IMG/VR virus record: IMGVR_UViG_3300043436_001222
Location: 1 to 30,621 of that record
Source: a virus
Lineage: Duplodnaviria > Caudoviricetes
Direction: 5' to 3' (one strand)
DNA: 30,621 nt
Position 1 is the stretch's first letter. Each line of letters starts with the position of its first letter. Positions 1-8,909 of the stretch are shown piece after piece. Under the pieces are notes generated by a model. The model did no database searches. It was not told the DNA's origin and saw only the letters and a program-made list of their open reading frames with translations. The position numbers and the translations under genes are program-made.

Positions 1-513
1 TCGGTAGGCGGAATAAAAGCCAAAAACATTTACGTGGGTTCACTATCGGATTTGACCGATAGTGGATTCACGACAGATAGCGAGAACGTTGTTACTGCAA
101 TCGGTTTACAACCATACAACTATCTTTACAAGTTCTGCGCAAAAACAAAAAGCGCAGGTGCAAGTCAAGAATTAGTTACTGGCGAAAACAATATCAAATC
201 GTTTACACAAACGATTACTGGTAAATTTCAGCAACAAACACAAGACGCTAAAAATGTTTGGGATAATTTAAAATTGATTGACGATTTATTCGTTGTAGTT
301 GAAAAGACAAATGGTACATTTGAATTGTATGGAATGTCAGCAGGATTAGAAATCACTGCGCTTACAAAAGCGACTGGAGTTTTAATTGGCGATGACAATG
401 CGTTCAATATTACTTTGTCTCAACCAATGGGCGGAGAGTCAGAATTAGCACCAGATTTCTTTGTAACAAGCTACCAAGCTACAAAGGCTTACTTAGAAAG
501 CAGAATTGCTTAA
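1..513 (+). CDS. Phage structural protein, probably major tail tube protein (5'-truncated)
   Basis: Frame is open from base 1 (SVGGIKAKNIYVGSL...), so the true start lies upstream of the window. The GGIK motif, beta-rich T/G composition and strong downstream terminator fit a highly expressed tail tube gene of Bacteroidota phages. Confidence 0.6.
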   Translation, partial: SVGGIKAKNIYVGSLSDLTDSGFTTDSENVVTAIGLQPYNYLYKFCAKTKSAGASQELVTGENNIKSFTQTITGKFQQQTQDAKNVWDNLKLIDDLFVVVEKTNGTFELYGMSAGLEITALTKATGVLIGDDNAFNITLSQPMGGESELAPDFFVTSYQATKAYLESRIA

Positions 514-534
514 TTAATTTTATTAAAAATGTTT

Positions 535-575
535 AGAGGGGCGATGTGGTTAACCATGTCGCCCCTCTTTTTTTT
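535..575 (+). terminator. Rho-independent terminator
   Basis: AGAGGGGCGATGTGGT-TA-ACCATGTCGCCCCTCT hairpin (two G-U pairs) running into a T-tract. Confidence 0.9.
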
Positions 576-587
576 GTGAAATATTAC

Positions 588-595
588 TATATTTG
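588..595 (+). promoter_or_regulatory. Bacteroidota-type -7 promoter element (TATATTTG)
   Basis: Matches TAnnTTTG, sits just after a terminator and 4 nt before ATG 600. Confidence 0.6.
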
Positions 596-599
596 CCTT

Positions 600-776
600 A
601 TGACAATACCAGAAATCAAAATTTATGTGAGTGCGCAAGGCGGACAAGCAATGAACAGAAAGGACATCGTCTGGAATTTAATATTTGACATGTACAAAAG
701 GTCAACTGGGAATAGATTATCGACTGGATGTGGGTCGTGTTACAAAAGAGCATACAGATGGCTTCAAAATCAGTAA
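600..776 (+). CDS. Small CxxC protein (58 aa)
   Basis: MTIPEIK...GCGSCYKRAY. ATG 600 preferred because the ORF-track start at 546 lies inside the terminator. Confidence 0.65.
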   Translation: MTIPEIKIYVSAQGGQAMNRKDIVWNLIFDMYKRSTGNRLSTGCGSCYKRAYRWLQNQ

Positions 777-1435
777 TTTATCAAATATACTTTGATGACA
801 AAACAAAGAAATATGTCAGTCCAAACGCAATTGGATATGACAATTCTATTTATGAGGGCAAACCATTTCAGCCTGCGTTTGAAAACCACGTCATCCGAGA
901 ATTAATCGAGCAAGGCAAGCATAAAGAGGCCGAATACTTTGGCGTTTTTTCGTGGCAGTTTGAATCAAAGAACTCATATTGGCTTAAAAACTTAGAGGCA
1001 GACGTCAAAGATGCTGACATTTATACGTTTTATCGCTTGCACACCCAACCAAATGTCTGGCGAGTTGCTGAGAATTGGCATTCTGGTATTATTGAAACGG
1101 CTCAATATATCTTTAATCAATTTAATGGCTTAAAAATAGACCGATTGCAGACTCCGACCATTTATCAAAATGCCCACGTTACACGCTCTGAGATTTACGA
1201 AGAGTTTGTTTGCACATGGTTAATCCCTTTAATGGATATAATGTCTCAGAGCGAAGATAAATGGCTACAAAATAGATTATATACAGACACTAAATATAAG
1301 TGGGGGCGATTTTCAGCCGAAAAAATAAAGGCAATCACTGGCGTTGAATATTATCCGATGCACACGTTTATTTGTGAGCGTTTTTTCTCGACATTTTGTG
1401 CAACTAAAAACTTTAAAATCAAACATTTATGCTAA
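758..1435 (+). CDS. Putative glycosyltransferase-like protein
   Basis: Probable start ATG 758 (MASKSVIYQIYF). YFGVFSW and FICERFFS segments resemble polysaccharide-locus GT-like proteins, and it neighbours clearer GT genes. Confidence 0.5.
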   Translation: MASKSVIYQIYFDDKTKKYVSPNAIGYDNSIYEGKPFQPAFENHVIRELIEQGKHKEAEYFGVFSWQFESKNSYWLKNLEADVKDADIYTFYRLHTQPNVWRVAENWHSGIIETAQYIFNQFNGLKIDRLQTPTIYQNAHVTRSEIYEEFVCTWLIPLMDIMSQSEDKWLQNRLYTDTKYKWGRFSAEKIKAITGVEYYPMHTFICERFFSTFCATKNFKIKHLC

Positions 1436-2208
1436 AAGTAAAATTGACGAGCAATTATGCTACGTCTGAAGTATTGGCAAGCGAGGTCATGCGACAATTT
1501 GCACCAAAAAAAGAGGTCAAACCATTTAAGTTTACCAATTCAAATGACTATGATTTGCTATTTATATTCAATGACACAATTGAAAAGATAAAAGACCCTG
1601 CAAAAACCTTTGCGTTTGCACAAGAACCGAGTTGGTCGGCAAATTATAAGGATTGGACTGGGCAAGTGGCTGAGTTTATTGCGCCAGTGAATAACCAATT
1701 GCCATTGATGTTTAATTGGAGTGGCTTAGACTATGAAGATGCAATAAATTTGAAGTCTGAAAAGACTAAAAAATGTAGTTTTATAGTGGCCAAACAAGAA
1801 CCGAGAGAGGGAACGTTGTATGGATTTAGAAACGAATTGGTTGAAAAGATATTAGCATCGGATTTGGACATTGATATTTACGGCAAAGGTTGGGACATTA
1901 AGGATGCCAGATATAAAGGCGAATTAAAAGAAAAAAAAGATGGTTTAATTGATTACCACACGTCTATTTGCATTGAAAATTCAATTGAAGATTATTATGT
2001 AACTGAGAAATTTTGGGATATTGTCATTTGCAATGCGTTTCCGATACCTTATTCGGCCATTGCTGAGAATACAATGCAACGTTTAGAGGCTATTATTTCG
2101 CTTGCAAGCATGGGCGATTCAGAAAAACTTGTTGAAGAGCAAAAAGAATACTATTTTAGCGACTTAAATATATATAATTATATAAAAACCAAATGCCAAT
2201 CTGCATAA
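1429..2208 (+). CDS. GT10 (alpha-1,3-fucosyltransferase-like) glycosyltransferase
   Basis: SICIENSIEDYYVTEKFWD matches the GT10 ENS-x-DY-x-TEK motif. QEP and IDIYGKGW segments also fit. Confidence 0.8.
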   Translation: MLKVKLTSNYATSEVLASEVMRQFAPKKEVKPFKFTNSNDYDLLFIFNDTIEKIKDPAKTFAFAQEPSWSANYKDWTGQVAEFIAPVNNQLPLMFNWSGLDYEDAINLKSEKTKKCSFIVAKQEPREGTLYGFRNELVEKILASDLDIDIYGKGWDIKDARYKGELKEKKDGLIDYHTSICIENSIEDYYVTEKFWDIVICNAFPIPYSAIAENTMQRLEAIISLASMGDSEKLVEEQKEYYFSDLNIYNYIKTKCQSA

Positions 2209-2846
2209 CTTTCGGGACAAAAGAATATCAGCAAGCAATCGATAAATTGCATAAATCCATGAGCAGATTTATGTACACTAAAACATTTAACGAGAAGAGT
2301 GTTGAAATGCTTTTTGATGCTTACCCAGAGCATCTATATTCGTCTCGGGGTTATGGTTGGTGGCTTTGGAAACCTTATTTAATAGATTACATTTTGAGCA
2401 TCATTGACGAGGGCGAATATGTCATGTATCTGGACTCAACAATTGAATGCCTAAAAAATCCAAATGACTTAATCAAAGAGGGCGAAAATATAAAGCTATT
2501 TCATAACGGCCAAAGACACATTGATTGGTGCAAGTCTGAGACATATTACGACATGGGCGTTGTTTGCATGCCAGACCAAATGCAAGCGAATGCAGCAATC
2601 CAAATTTATAGAAACACACCAGAGACCAGAGCGTTTGTGCAGGAATATTTTAACCTTTGCTCAAATCTTATGCTTGTCAATGATGAGTGCAATCCAGATT
2701 ATCAATTGAGCGGATTTAAGGCTCATAGACACGACCAAAGTATTTTAACAAACTTAGCGGTCAAATACAATATTAAATTGAATACATCGCCATGCCAATG
2801 GGGTATGGGGGCAAATGCTTACTTTAACCATCATAGAATAATATGA
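2193..2846 (+). CDS. Putative GT-A nucleotide-sugar transferase
   Basis: GYGWWLWKPYLI, YLDS and HRHDQSILT motifs. Confidence 0.65.
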   Translation: MPICITFGTKEYQQAIDKLHKSMSRFMYTKTFNEKSVEMLFDAYPEHLYSSRGYGWWLWKPYLIDYILSIIDEGEYVMYLDSTIECLKNPNDLIKEGENIKLFHNGQRHIDWCKSETYYDMGVVCMPDQMQANAAIQIYRNTPETRAFVQEYFNLCSNLMLVNDECNPDYQLSGFKAHRHDQSILTNLAVKYNIKLNTSPCQWGMGANAYFNHHRII

Positions 2847-3016
2847 ACATTTATAAAATCATTCTGGCATTAATCGTTTTAATGTCATATAACAAAATTT
2901 ACAAAAAAGACTGGAGTTTCTTTAAAGAATACGGCGGCTCTCGAATTTATTACACAAAAACGATTATAACAATTCTAATTGAGTTGGGTATTTTCTTAAT
3001 TATTTATATGGCATGA
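2843..3016 (+). CDS. Small membrane protein (57 aa; not in ORF track)
   Basis: ATGA overlaps at both ends. MNIYKIILALIVLMSY...IITILIELGIFLIIYMA has two hydrophobic stretches. Confidence 0.6.
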   Translation: MNIYKIILALIVLMSYNKIYKKDWSFFKEYGGSRIYYTKTIITILIELGIFLIIYMA

Positions 3017-3192
3017 AAATTAAAGGCGTATTAAAAAAAGACGATGACGGCCTATACATGGAGGTTGTCAAAAAAATGTATCTAAATGATTACATTATGA
3101 ATGTCGAGCAGGCAAATAAATTAAATAAAATAATCGGTAAAAAAATTACAATAGAATATGAAAACATTAGTCCAGTTGGCGATAAACAATAA
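3013..3192 (+). CDS. Hypothetical protein (59 aa; not in ORF track)
   Basis: ATGA-coupled to the upstream ORF. MKIKGVLKKDDDGLYMEV... fills the gap before the methyltransferase. Confidence 0.55.
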   Translation: MKIKGVLKKDDDGLYMEVVKKMYLNDYIMNVEQANKLNKIIGKKITIEYENISPVGDKQ

Positions 3193-3685
3193 GGCTCAAC
3201 AAAAACCATTAGAATTTGAAGAGTTATTGCATGCGCTAAACTCAATGAAAAGCAAAAAGATTGCAGTCGAAATTGGCAGCTATGACGGCGGATGCTTACA
3301 TGCTTACAAAGGATTGTTTGACAAAGTCATTTCGATTGATATTGCTCAACGTTCAAACATTGATGGCGTGGATTATTTAATTGGCGACTCTAAAGAATTA
3401 AAAGCTGAGTTAATCAAAGCACTGGGCAATAGCAATGCAAAGATTGATTTCCTTATGATTGATGGCGACCATACTTATGAGGGAGTCAAAGCAGATTTCG
3501 AATTGTATTCTAAGTTTGTGCGTAAAGGCGGAGTGATTGCATTCCATGACATCATTGACACGCCATTGCATAGGGAATTGTTTTGTCGAGTGGATAAGTT
3601 CTGGAATGAAATTAAAGACGGCAAAGAGCATGACGAATTTATTGAGGGTTCTGACTGGGGCGGAATTGGAATTTTATGGATATAA
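3158..3685 (+). CDS. Class I SAM-dependent methyltransferase (Methyltransf_24-like, probable sugar O-methyltransferase)
   Basis: VEIGSYDGG, DFLMIDGDHTYEGVKADF and GGVIAFHD motifs. Confidence 0.88.
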   Translation: MKTLVQLAINNKAQQKPLEFEELLHALNSMKSKKIAVEIGSYDGGCLHAYKGLFDKVISIDIAQRSNIDGVDYLIGDSKELKAELIKALGNSNAKIDFLMIDGDHTYEGVKADFELYSKFVRKGGVIAFHDIIDTPLHRELFCRVDKFWNEIKDGKEHDEFIEGSDWGGIGILWI

Positions 3686-4287
3686 TTATAACTTGTAAAG
3701 ATAGATTGCTGCATTTAAAAAAGTGCATTGCAACTATTAAAGATAAATCAAAGATATTCGTTGTATGTTACGGCGATGAAATGGCATATAGATATTGCCA
3801 ACAGAATGAAATCCGCTCATGCTTGACGGCCGCAAAAGACTTTCATTTATCAAAGGCCAGAAACTTGGGGGTTGCTGAAACTAACGAGGAATGGATTTTC
3901 TTTTGCGATGCGGACACCTTATTAGACCCGACATTTTTTGATAATTTAGATTTAAAAGACGGCAATTATTACACTGGCGAACCAGATTGCTCTGGGAATT
4001 GTATCGTTAAACGCTCAGATTTTATGGGTTATGACGAAAATATTAAAGGCTATGGCGGAGAGGATTCCGATTTATATATTTCTTTGAGCAGAATCGGCAT
4101 TCAAAAAAACTATATTGGACGAATGAAATACATCCCACATTCGGATTTTGATAGGACAAAGAATTATGGCAACAATAAGAAGTGGGAGCAACAAAAGAAA
4201 AACATTATCTATTTAATGTCAAAGCATCCTCATGAATTTATATTTCCACAATACGTTCCAAATGAAATGAAAACACTTTTTGTATGA
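3676..4287 (+). CDS. GT2/GT7-like glycosyltransferase
   Basis: IIITCKDR start, SKARNLG, FCDAD (DxD), and GYDENIKGYGGEDSDL (GT7 C-terminal-like motif). Confidence 0.85.
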   Translation: MDIIITCKDRLLHLKKCIATIKDKSKIFVVCYGDEMAYRYCQQNEIRSCLTAAKDFHLSKARNLGVAETNEEWIFFCDADTLLDPTFFDNLDLKDGNYYTGEPDCSGNCIVKRSDFMGYDENIKGYGGEDSDLYISLSRIGIQKNYIGRMKYIPHSDFDRTKNYGNNKKWEQQKKNIIYLMSKHPHEFIFPQYVPNEMKTLFV

Positions 4288-4559
4288 TATACAACTCAAT
4301 TGTAATTGCTTTGCTATGCTTTGGCTTTTATCGGTCAACAAGGCATGGAAATATTTTATATTTTATCCAAAGATTTGCGGATAAATTACCAAAGATATTT
4401 GGAAAGCCGATTTGCTTGTGTTTGACTTGCATGGCCTCACTGCATACATTGGTTTGGCATCCGCTTTTGTTCGGGATGAGCGTTGACATTATTCCAACAA
4501 TATTAATTGTGGCCTCATTCAATTACTTTATTGATTTAATAGTTTCGAATTATGAATAA
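4284..4559 (+). CDS. Small membrane protein with CxxC (DUF1360-like)
   Basis: Several hydrophobic segments with KPICLCLTCMAS at the start of one. Confidence 0.6.
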   Translation: MIYNSIVIALLCFGFYRSTRHGNILYFIQRFADKLPKIFGKPICLCLTCMASLHTLVWHPLLFGMSVDIIPTILIVASFNYFIDLIVSNYE

Positions 4560-5277
4560 ACTGGCAGGCATTTGGAATGTTTGGGATGGCGATGAGCATT
4601 TAAAACGTTCGATTGAGTTAATCAAACCACATTTGGACGTTGTTATTGTTGTTTACCAGAATGTAAGCAACTCTGGCGAATTATATGAGCCAACTTTGCC
4701 ACATGAATTGATTGATTTAACAAATTTTTATATTCCTGCGCTTACGCAAACTGCTCAATGGAATGAAACTATCAAACGAAATATAGGTTTGCAAACTGCA
4801 AAGAGCGTTGGTTGCACACATTTTATTCAAATGGATTGCGATGAGATGTATTTTAGTGAGGATTTTGAGCGAGCAAAGGAGCAAGTTTACGTTGAGCAAC
4901 TGGATGCAAGCTATTGCAGACTAAAAACATACTATAAATATCCGACTAAACAACTATCGCCAGACGAAGACTATTTCGTTCCTTTTATTCATAAAATTCA
5001 CAAAGAAACAATCATGTGTTTCGATAAAAAATATCCTGCGTTTGCAGACCCAACAAGACGCACCAATACTTACGCCAAACATAAGCAAATTGAGTGGCTT
5101 AGAATGCACCACTATTCGTTTGTGCGCAACAATATAGAGCGCAAGTTGAGAAATTCGTCATCGTCAAGCGCATTTGATGGGCAATATGACATTTGGAAAC
5201 GATTTGATGACACTGGCGAAATGATACATTTCAAAGATTATAAGACAATTGACGTAGCAAACTACTTTGATTTGTAA
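4552..5277 (+). CDS. GT2-like glycosyltransferase
   Basis: LKRSIELIKPHLDVVIVV, ETIKRNIGL, MDCDE (DxDE) and MHHYSFVR motifs. Confidence 0.75.
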   Translation: MNKLAGIWNVWDGDEHLKRSIELIKPHLDVVIVVYQNVSNSGELYEPTLPHELIDLTNFYIPALTQTAQWNETIKRNIGLQTAKSVGCTHFIQMDCDEMYFSEDFERAKEQVYVEQLDASYCRLKTYYKYPTKQLSPDEDYFVPFIHKIHKETIMCFDKKYPAFADPTRRTNTYAKHKQIEWLRMHHYSFVRNNIERKLRNSSSSSAFDGQYDIWKRFDDTGEMIHFKDYKTIDVANYFDL

Positions 5278-5309
5278 ATATATTGCAAATATTAATTTAA
5301 AATAAAAAG

Positions 5310-5317
5310 TAAATTTG
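5310..5317 (+). promoter_or_regulatory. Bacteroidota-type -7 element (TAAATTTG)
   Basis: Matches TAnnTTTG in an AT-rich gap, 5 nt before the portal ATG. Confidence 0.5.
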
Positions 5318-5322
5318 TAAAA

Positions 5323-6756
5323 ATGGAACTAACTCAAATTTCGGACAATTATTTCATGTTTTCGGCCAAAGCGCCTGCGGATTTATCTGTTTTTAATCAA
5401 ACAGATGACACTGCAAACAAAATTGTGCGCTATGGTAAAGACAATAACTTTCCGCAGGAACTAATCAAAGCAGTCCAATCGTCTCCAATCGCAAATGCTT
5501 GTGTTGAAACACACGCAAAATTTTTGTATGGGGATGGATTATATTTTGAAACTCCGACTGGAGAGGAAACAGATTTCTCAAAAAGATTAAAAGAAATTTT
5601 CAACGAGTCAGTTTACCAGAGAATCTGTTATGACATGGCTTATTTTGAATCTTTAGGTCTTATCATGAAATGGGATTTGAATGGTTATTTAAAAAGTGTT
5701 AAGTCGCAGGATTTTTCGACCATTCGTTTAGGTATTCCAAACAAAGATTTTGAAATAACATTCGCAAAGTTGTCAAGTAACTGGCAACAAGAAACAAAAG
5801 ACAGAAGATACAAAGCCGTTCCGATTGACTTATATAATGACATCGAAACAAAGGCTAAAATTTCAAATTTCAGTGAGAATTCTTTATATGAAGATTTCAG
5901 CAAATGGAATGGAACGTTGAAGTATATTCGCAGATATAAGCCTGGCCAAGTGTATTATTCGCAGCCAAAATATGCGTCTGCTTTGAAATGGATTTATGCC
6001 GATGGCCAGATTCAAAATTTCCATGCAAACAACGTTGACAATTCGTTTGCGCCTGCATTCATAGTTTATGTGCCATACAAATTGACTGGCGAGGACGAGA
6101 ATGGTAAGGACATGAAAGAATCGTTGAGAGAATACATTGCAGACAGATTAACTGGCGCAGACAATGGCGGTAAATTTGCGATTTTAGATGGCTCATCAAA
6201 AGAGGGGTCAATCCAAATCATTCCATTTAGTCAGAGTACGTCTCACGAAATGTACATCACACTTTCTAATTTAATTAGAGACCACATTGCAACTGCATTT
6301 CAAGTTCCATCTATATTGGCAGGCATTCAAGTTTCTGGCAAATTAGGAACTGCAAAAGAAATAGCAGATTCGTCAATATATTACCAGAATGCAGTCATAA
6401 AACATGACCAAAATTTGTTAATGTACGAAATGAATGCACTGGCTAAATTAATGGATGGCTATGATGGCACAACTATTAGTGTGAGCAACTCAATTCCATT
6501 GGCATTTGTTGCGGAATCATTTGCAAGCGCATTCACAGAAGAGGAAATTAGAGAGGCATTTGGTTACGGCGCTAAAGAAGTCAAATTGAATACTGCGGCA
6601 AACAATATCATTGATAATATTAACGCATTATCGCCATTGGTTGCAAATAAAGTATTGGAGTCAATGTCTGAGGCAGAGATAAGAAGTTTAGCGGGATTGA
6701 TTGGTGCGAAACCAACGTCTACGCCAGTTGTTACACCTATTAATCCAGTAAAATAA
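5323..6756 (+). CDS. Portal protein
   Basis: 477 aa. YGKDNNFPQELI, SPIANAC, LTGADNGGK, IATAFQVPSILAGI and EEEIRE segments are typical of Bacteroidota phage portals. Confidence 0.85.
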   Translation: MELTQISDNYFMFSAKAPADLSVFNQTDDTANKIVRYGKDNNFPQELIKAVQSSPIANACVETHAKFLYGDGLYFETPTGEETDFSKRLKEIFNESVYQRICYDMAYFESLGLIMKWDLNGYLKSVKSQDFSTIRLGIPNKDFEITFAKLSSNWQQETKDRRYKAVPIDLYNDIETKAKISNFSENSLYEDFSKWNGTLKYIRRYKPGQVYYSQPKYASALKWIYADGQIQNFHANNVDNSFAPAFIVYVPYKLTGEDENGKDMKESLREYIADRLTGADNGGKFAILDGSSKEGSIQIIPFSQSTSHEMYITLSNLIRDHIATAFQVPSILAGIQVSGKLGTAKEIADSSIYYQNAVIKHDQNLLMYEMNALAKLMDGYDGTTISVSNSIPLAFVAESFASAFTEEEIREAFGYGAKEVKLNTAANNIIDNINALSPLVANKVLESMSEAEIRSLAGLIGAKPTSTPVVTPINPVK

Positions 6757-7256
6757 TGGCTTGTTGCGGTTGTCAATTCATAACACAAACAGATTTTTAT
6801 GGCATTGTGCCGCTTTCAAGAAACGTTGAGAGCGAAGACATTGAAATTGCCATTAAGAACGCACAAATAACATATATTAATCAATTGCTTTGTCAAGATT
6901 TATTTGACGAGTTATGTCAACAAATAACAGACGAAGACATTAGCGTTGCAAATGAGGAATTATTGTGCTATTTAAAAAAGGTGCATGTTTGCTATGCGTT
7001 TGGAGACTTTTTGTTTTTCCATCCAGTGCAAGTTACAAAGGAAAGCGTTGTCAGAAAAGTAACAGACGAATCTGAGTTTGTTGACTTTGACACCAACGAA
7101 AAGCAAGCAAATTATTGGAGACAGATTGGCAAAAACTATGCGAGAGAAATGTTTGAATGGCTAAAGCTAAACGAAAATTTGAATCCATTATACGACCAAA
7201 CATCGTGCAATAACTGCGATGAGACTAAAAATTTAGAAAACTGGGGAATATGCTAA
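6756..7256 (+). CDS. Putative head-completion/adaptor protein, Cys-rich
   Basis: TAATG-coupled to the portal. Helical AQ...LL...LFDEL pattern. 10 Cys in 166 aa. Confidence 0.55.
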   Translation: MACCGCQFITQTDFYGIVPLSRNVESEDIEIAIKNAQITYINQLLCQDLFDELCQQITDEDISVANEELLCYLKKVHVCYAFGDFLFFHPVQVTKESVVRKVTDESEFVDFDTNEKQANYWRQIGKNYAREMFEWLKLNENLNPLYDQTSCNNCDETKNLENWGIC

Positions 7257-7597
7257 CAATATATCAAAATACAACGAGCGAAATAAGTATTTCATTGCCG
7301 AGCGTGCATGATTACTATTTATTTGTGTTTATTAAAGATGGTATTATTGAAAAAAGCATATACGAAACAATCCCATGCGATGACTTTTGTTTTGTTTTAA
7401 TTGAAGACATTGAGTTGGGTATTTGGGATATTAATATTTTTGGACAAGCGAGTCCAACAAATTTAGACCCTGCATTGGCAACGTTCCTTTATGACAATGA
7501 CGTTGAAGTTAAGGTCAATTATAGTGATTATATAGTTACTCAGAAATGCGATTTTATTGTAACTGAGGACAATGATTTTTTAATGACAGAGTGGTAG
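7250..7597 (+). CDS. Putative virion protein, paralog A
   Basis: Shares YLFxF, GxW-x-GQ and NLxPAxAT motifs with the next gene. Ends in an xTE repeat tail. Confidence 0.55.
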   Translation: MLTIYQNTTSEISISLPSVHDYYLFVFIKDGIIEKSIYETIPCDDFCFVLIEDIELGIWDINIFGQASPTNLDPALATFLYDNDVEVKVNYSDYIVTQKCDFIVTEDNDFLMTEW

Positions 7598-7887
7598 TCA
7601 TTGACGCAAATATCGACACTAAAGTAACTCTATTTTTAGAGGAATCATTTAGCTTTTATTTATTCCAATTTACAAGGAATAATGGATGCGATGAATTTAT
7701 TGACGTATTCACTGCGGTCGAATGCGATTTTTATTCATTCATTGTGAATGTGGATTTGCCAACTGGGTTTTGGAGTTTGAAAGTTTATGGACAAAGCGAT
7801 TATTCGAACTTAAATCCCGCAAATGCAACTTTAGTATTTGAGGACATGGCCAGAATAATCAATGCAGCAGATGAGTGTTTATTATGA
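7591..7887 (+). CDS. Putative virion protein, paralog B
   Basis: GTG start overlapping the upstream gene. Aligns by eye with 7250..7597. Confidence 0.55.
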   Translation: MVVIDANIDTKVTLFLEESFSFYLFQFTRNNGCDEFIDVFTAVECDFYSFIVNVDLPTGFWSLKVYGQSDYSNLNPANATLVFEDMARIINAADECLL

Positions 7888-8258
7888 GAAATTGGATTGT
7901 TAAAAGTTTAGATGTTATTATTATTTATTTAGTTACCTATTTTGCTCCGACTTTCTCGGTCATGATGGGTATTAGCTTTCTGGTGCTAATTGATTTTATC
8001 ACTGGCATGGTTGCCGCTCATAAAAGAGGCGAAGCGATTACAAGCCGTAAAATGAGGCCAACCATTACCAAAGGAATGGGATACATGTTTGCAATCTTAG
8101 CAGGACATATTTTCCAAAGACATTTTTTGCCAACTATTGAGGTCATGAAGATTGTTTCGGGTTTAATTGCGTTTATCGAGTTAAAGTCTCTGGACGAAAA
8201 CCTAAAGGACATGACTGGCAAAAGTCTATTCAAGCAATTTTTCAAAGAGGGTAAATAA
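7884..8258 (+). CDS. Holin (Phage_holin_4_1-like)
   Basis: Multiple TM segments, LIDFITGM, ITSRKM and ELKSLDEN motifs, directly before the endolysin. ATG 7884 is an ATGA overlap. Confidence 0.85.
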   Translation: MRNWIVKSLDVIIIYLVTYFAPTFSVMMGISFLVLIDFITGMVAAHKRGEAITSRKMRPTITKGMGYMFAILAGHIFQRHFLPTIEVMKIVSGLIAFIELKSLDENLKDMTGKSLFKQFFKEGK

Positions 8259-8857
8259 TGAATTTAGCAAAACTGAAAGGGCATGTCCCAGACTCGGTCA
8301 TTGCTCAGATTCCATTCATTCAAAGTAATTACAAAGTAAATACATTGTTAAGGCTTTCGCATTTTTTGGCTCAGTGTGGCCATGAGTCGGCCAATTTCAG
8401 AGCAGTCAAAGAAAATTTAAACTATTCGGCTGAGGGATTAAACAAAACATTCAAAAAATACTTTCTAACTTTAGAGTCTGCCAAAGATTATGCAAGGCAA
8501 CCAGAGCGAATTGCGTCAAAGGTTTACGCCAATAGAATGGGCAATGGAAATGAAGCGTCAAAAGATGGGTTTAAATATTTAGGGAGAGGATTTATTCAAC
8601 TAACTGGCAAGGCTAACTATTTAGAGTTTGACAAAAGCGTTTCCGAAGATATAATGGCCAATCCAGAATTGGTCGCAACCAAATATCCATTGGCATCGGC
8701 CGCATGGTTCTGGAATAAAAATGGATTGAATGAAATTGCAGACAAAGGCGCAACCGATGCGGTTGTAAAATCAATCACTAAGCGTGTAAATGGCGGCACA
8801 ATTGGTCTCGAAGATAGGATTCAGCATTTCAATGAGTTCTATTCGTTGCTTGGCTAA
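8258..8857 (+). CDS. Endolysin, glycoside hydrolase family 19
   Basis: FLAQCGHES, ENLNYS, GRGFIQLTGKANY, SAAWFW and ITKRVNGGTIGLEDR motifs. Confidence 0.95.
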   Translation: MNLAKLKGHVPDSVIAQIPFIQSNYKVNTLLRLSHFLAQCGHESANFRAVKENLNYSAEGLNKTFKKYFLTLESAKDYARQPERIASKVYANRMGNGNEASKDGFKYLGRGFIQLTGKANYLEFDKSVSEDIMANPELVATKYPLASAAWFWNKNGLNEIADKGATDAVVKSITKRVNGGTIGLEDRIQHFNEFYSLLG

Positions 8858-8909
8858 TTTGTTGTTGTTAAAATAATTGCTAATTTGCACAAAATTAGAA
8901 CCTAAAGAC

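Noticed and set aside
3158-3685. Methyltransferase as a DNA methylase explaining motif avoidance
   Set aside because: It lacks DPPY/NPPY or PC motifs. IDGDH and HD motifs point to a small-molecule or sugar methyltransferase.
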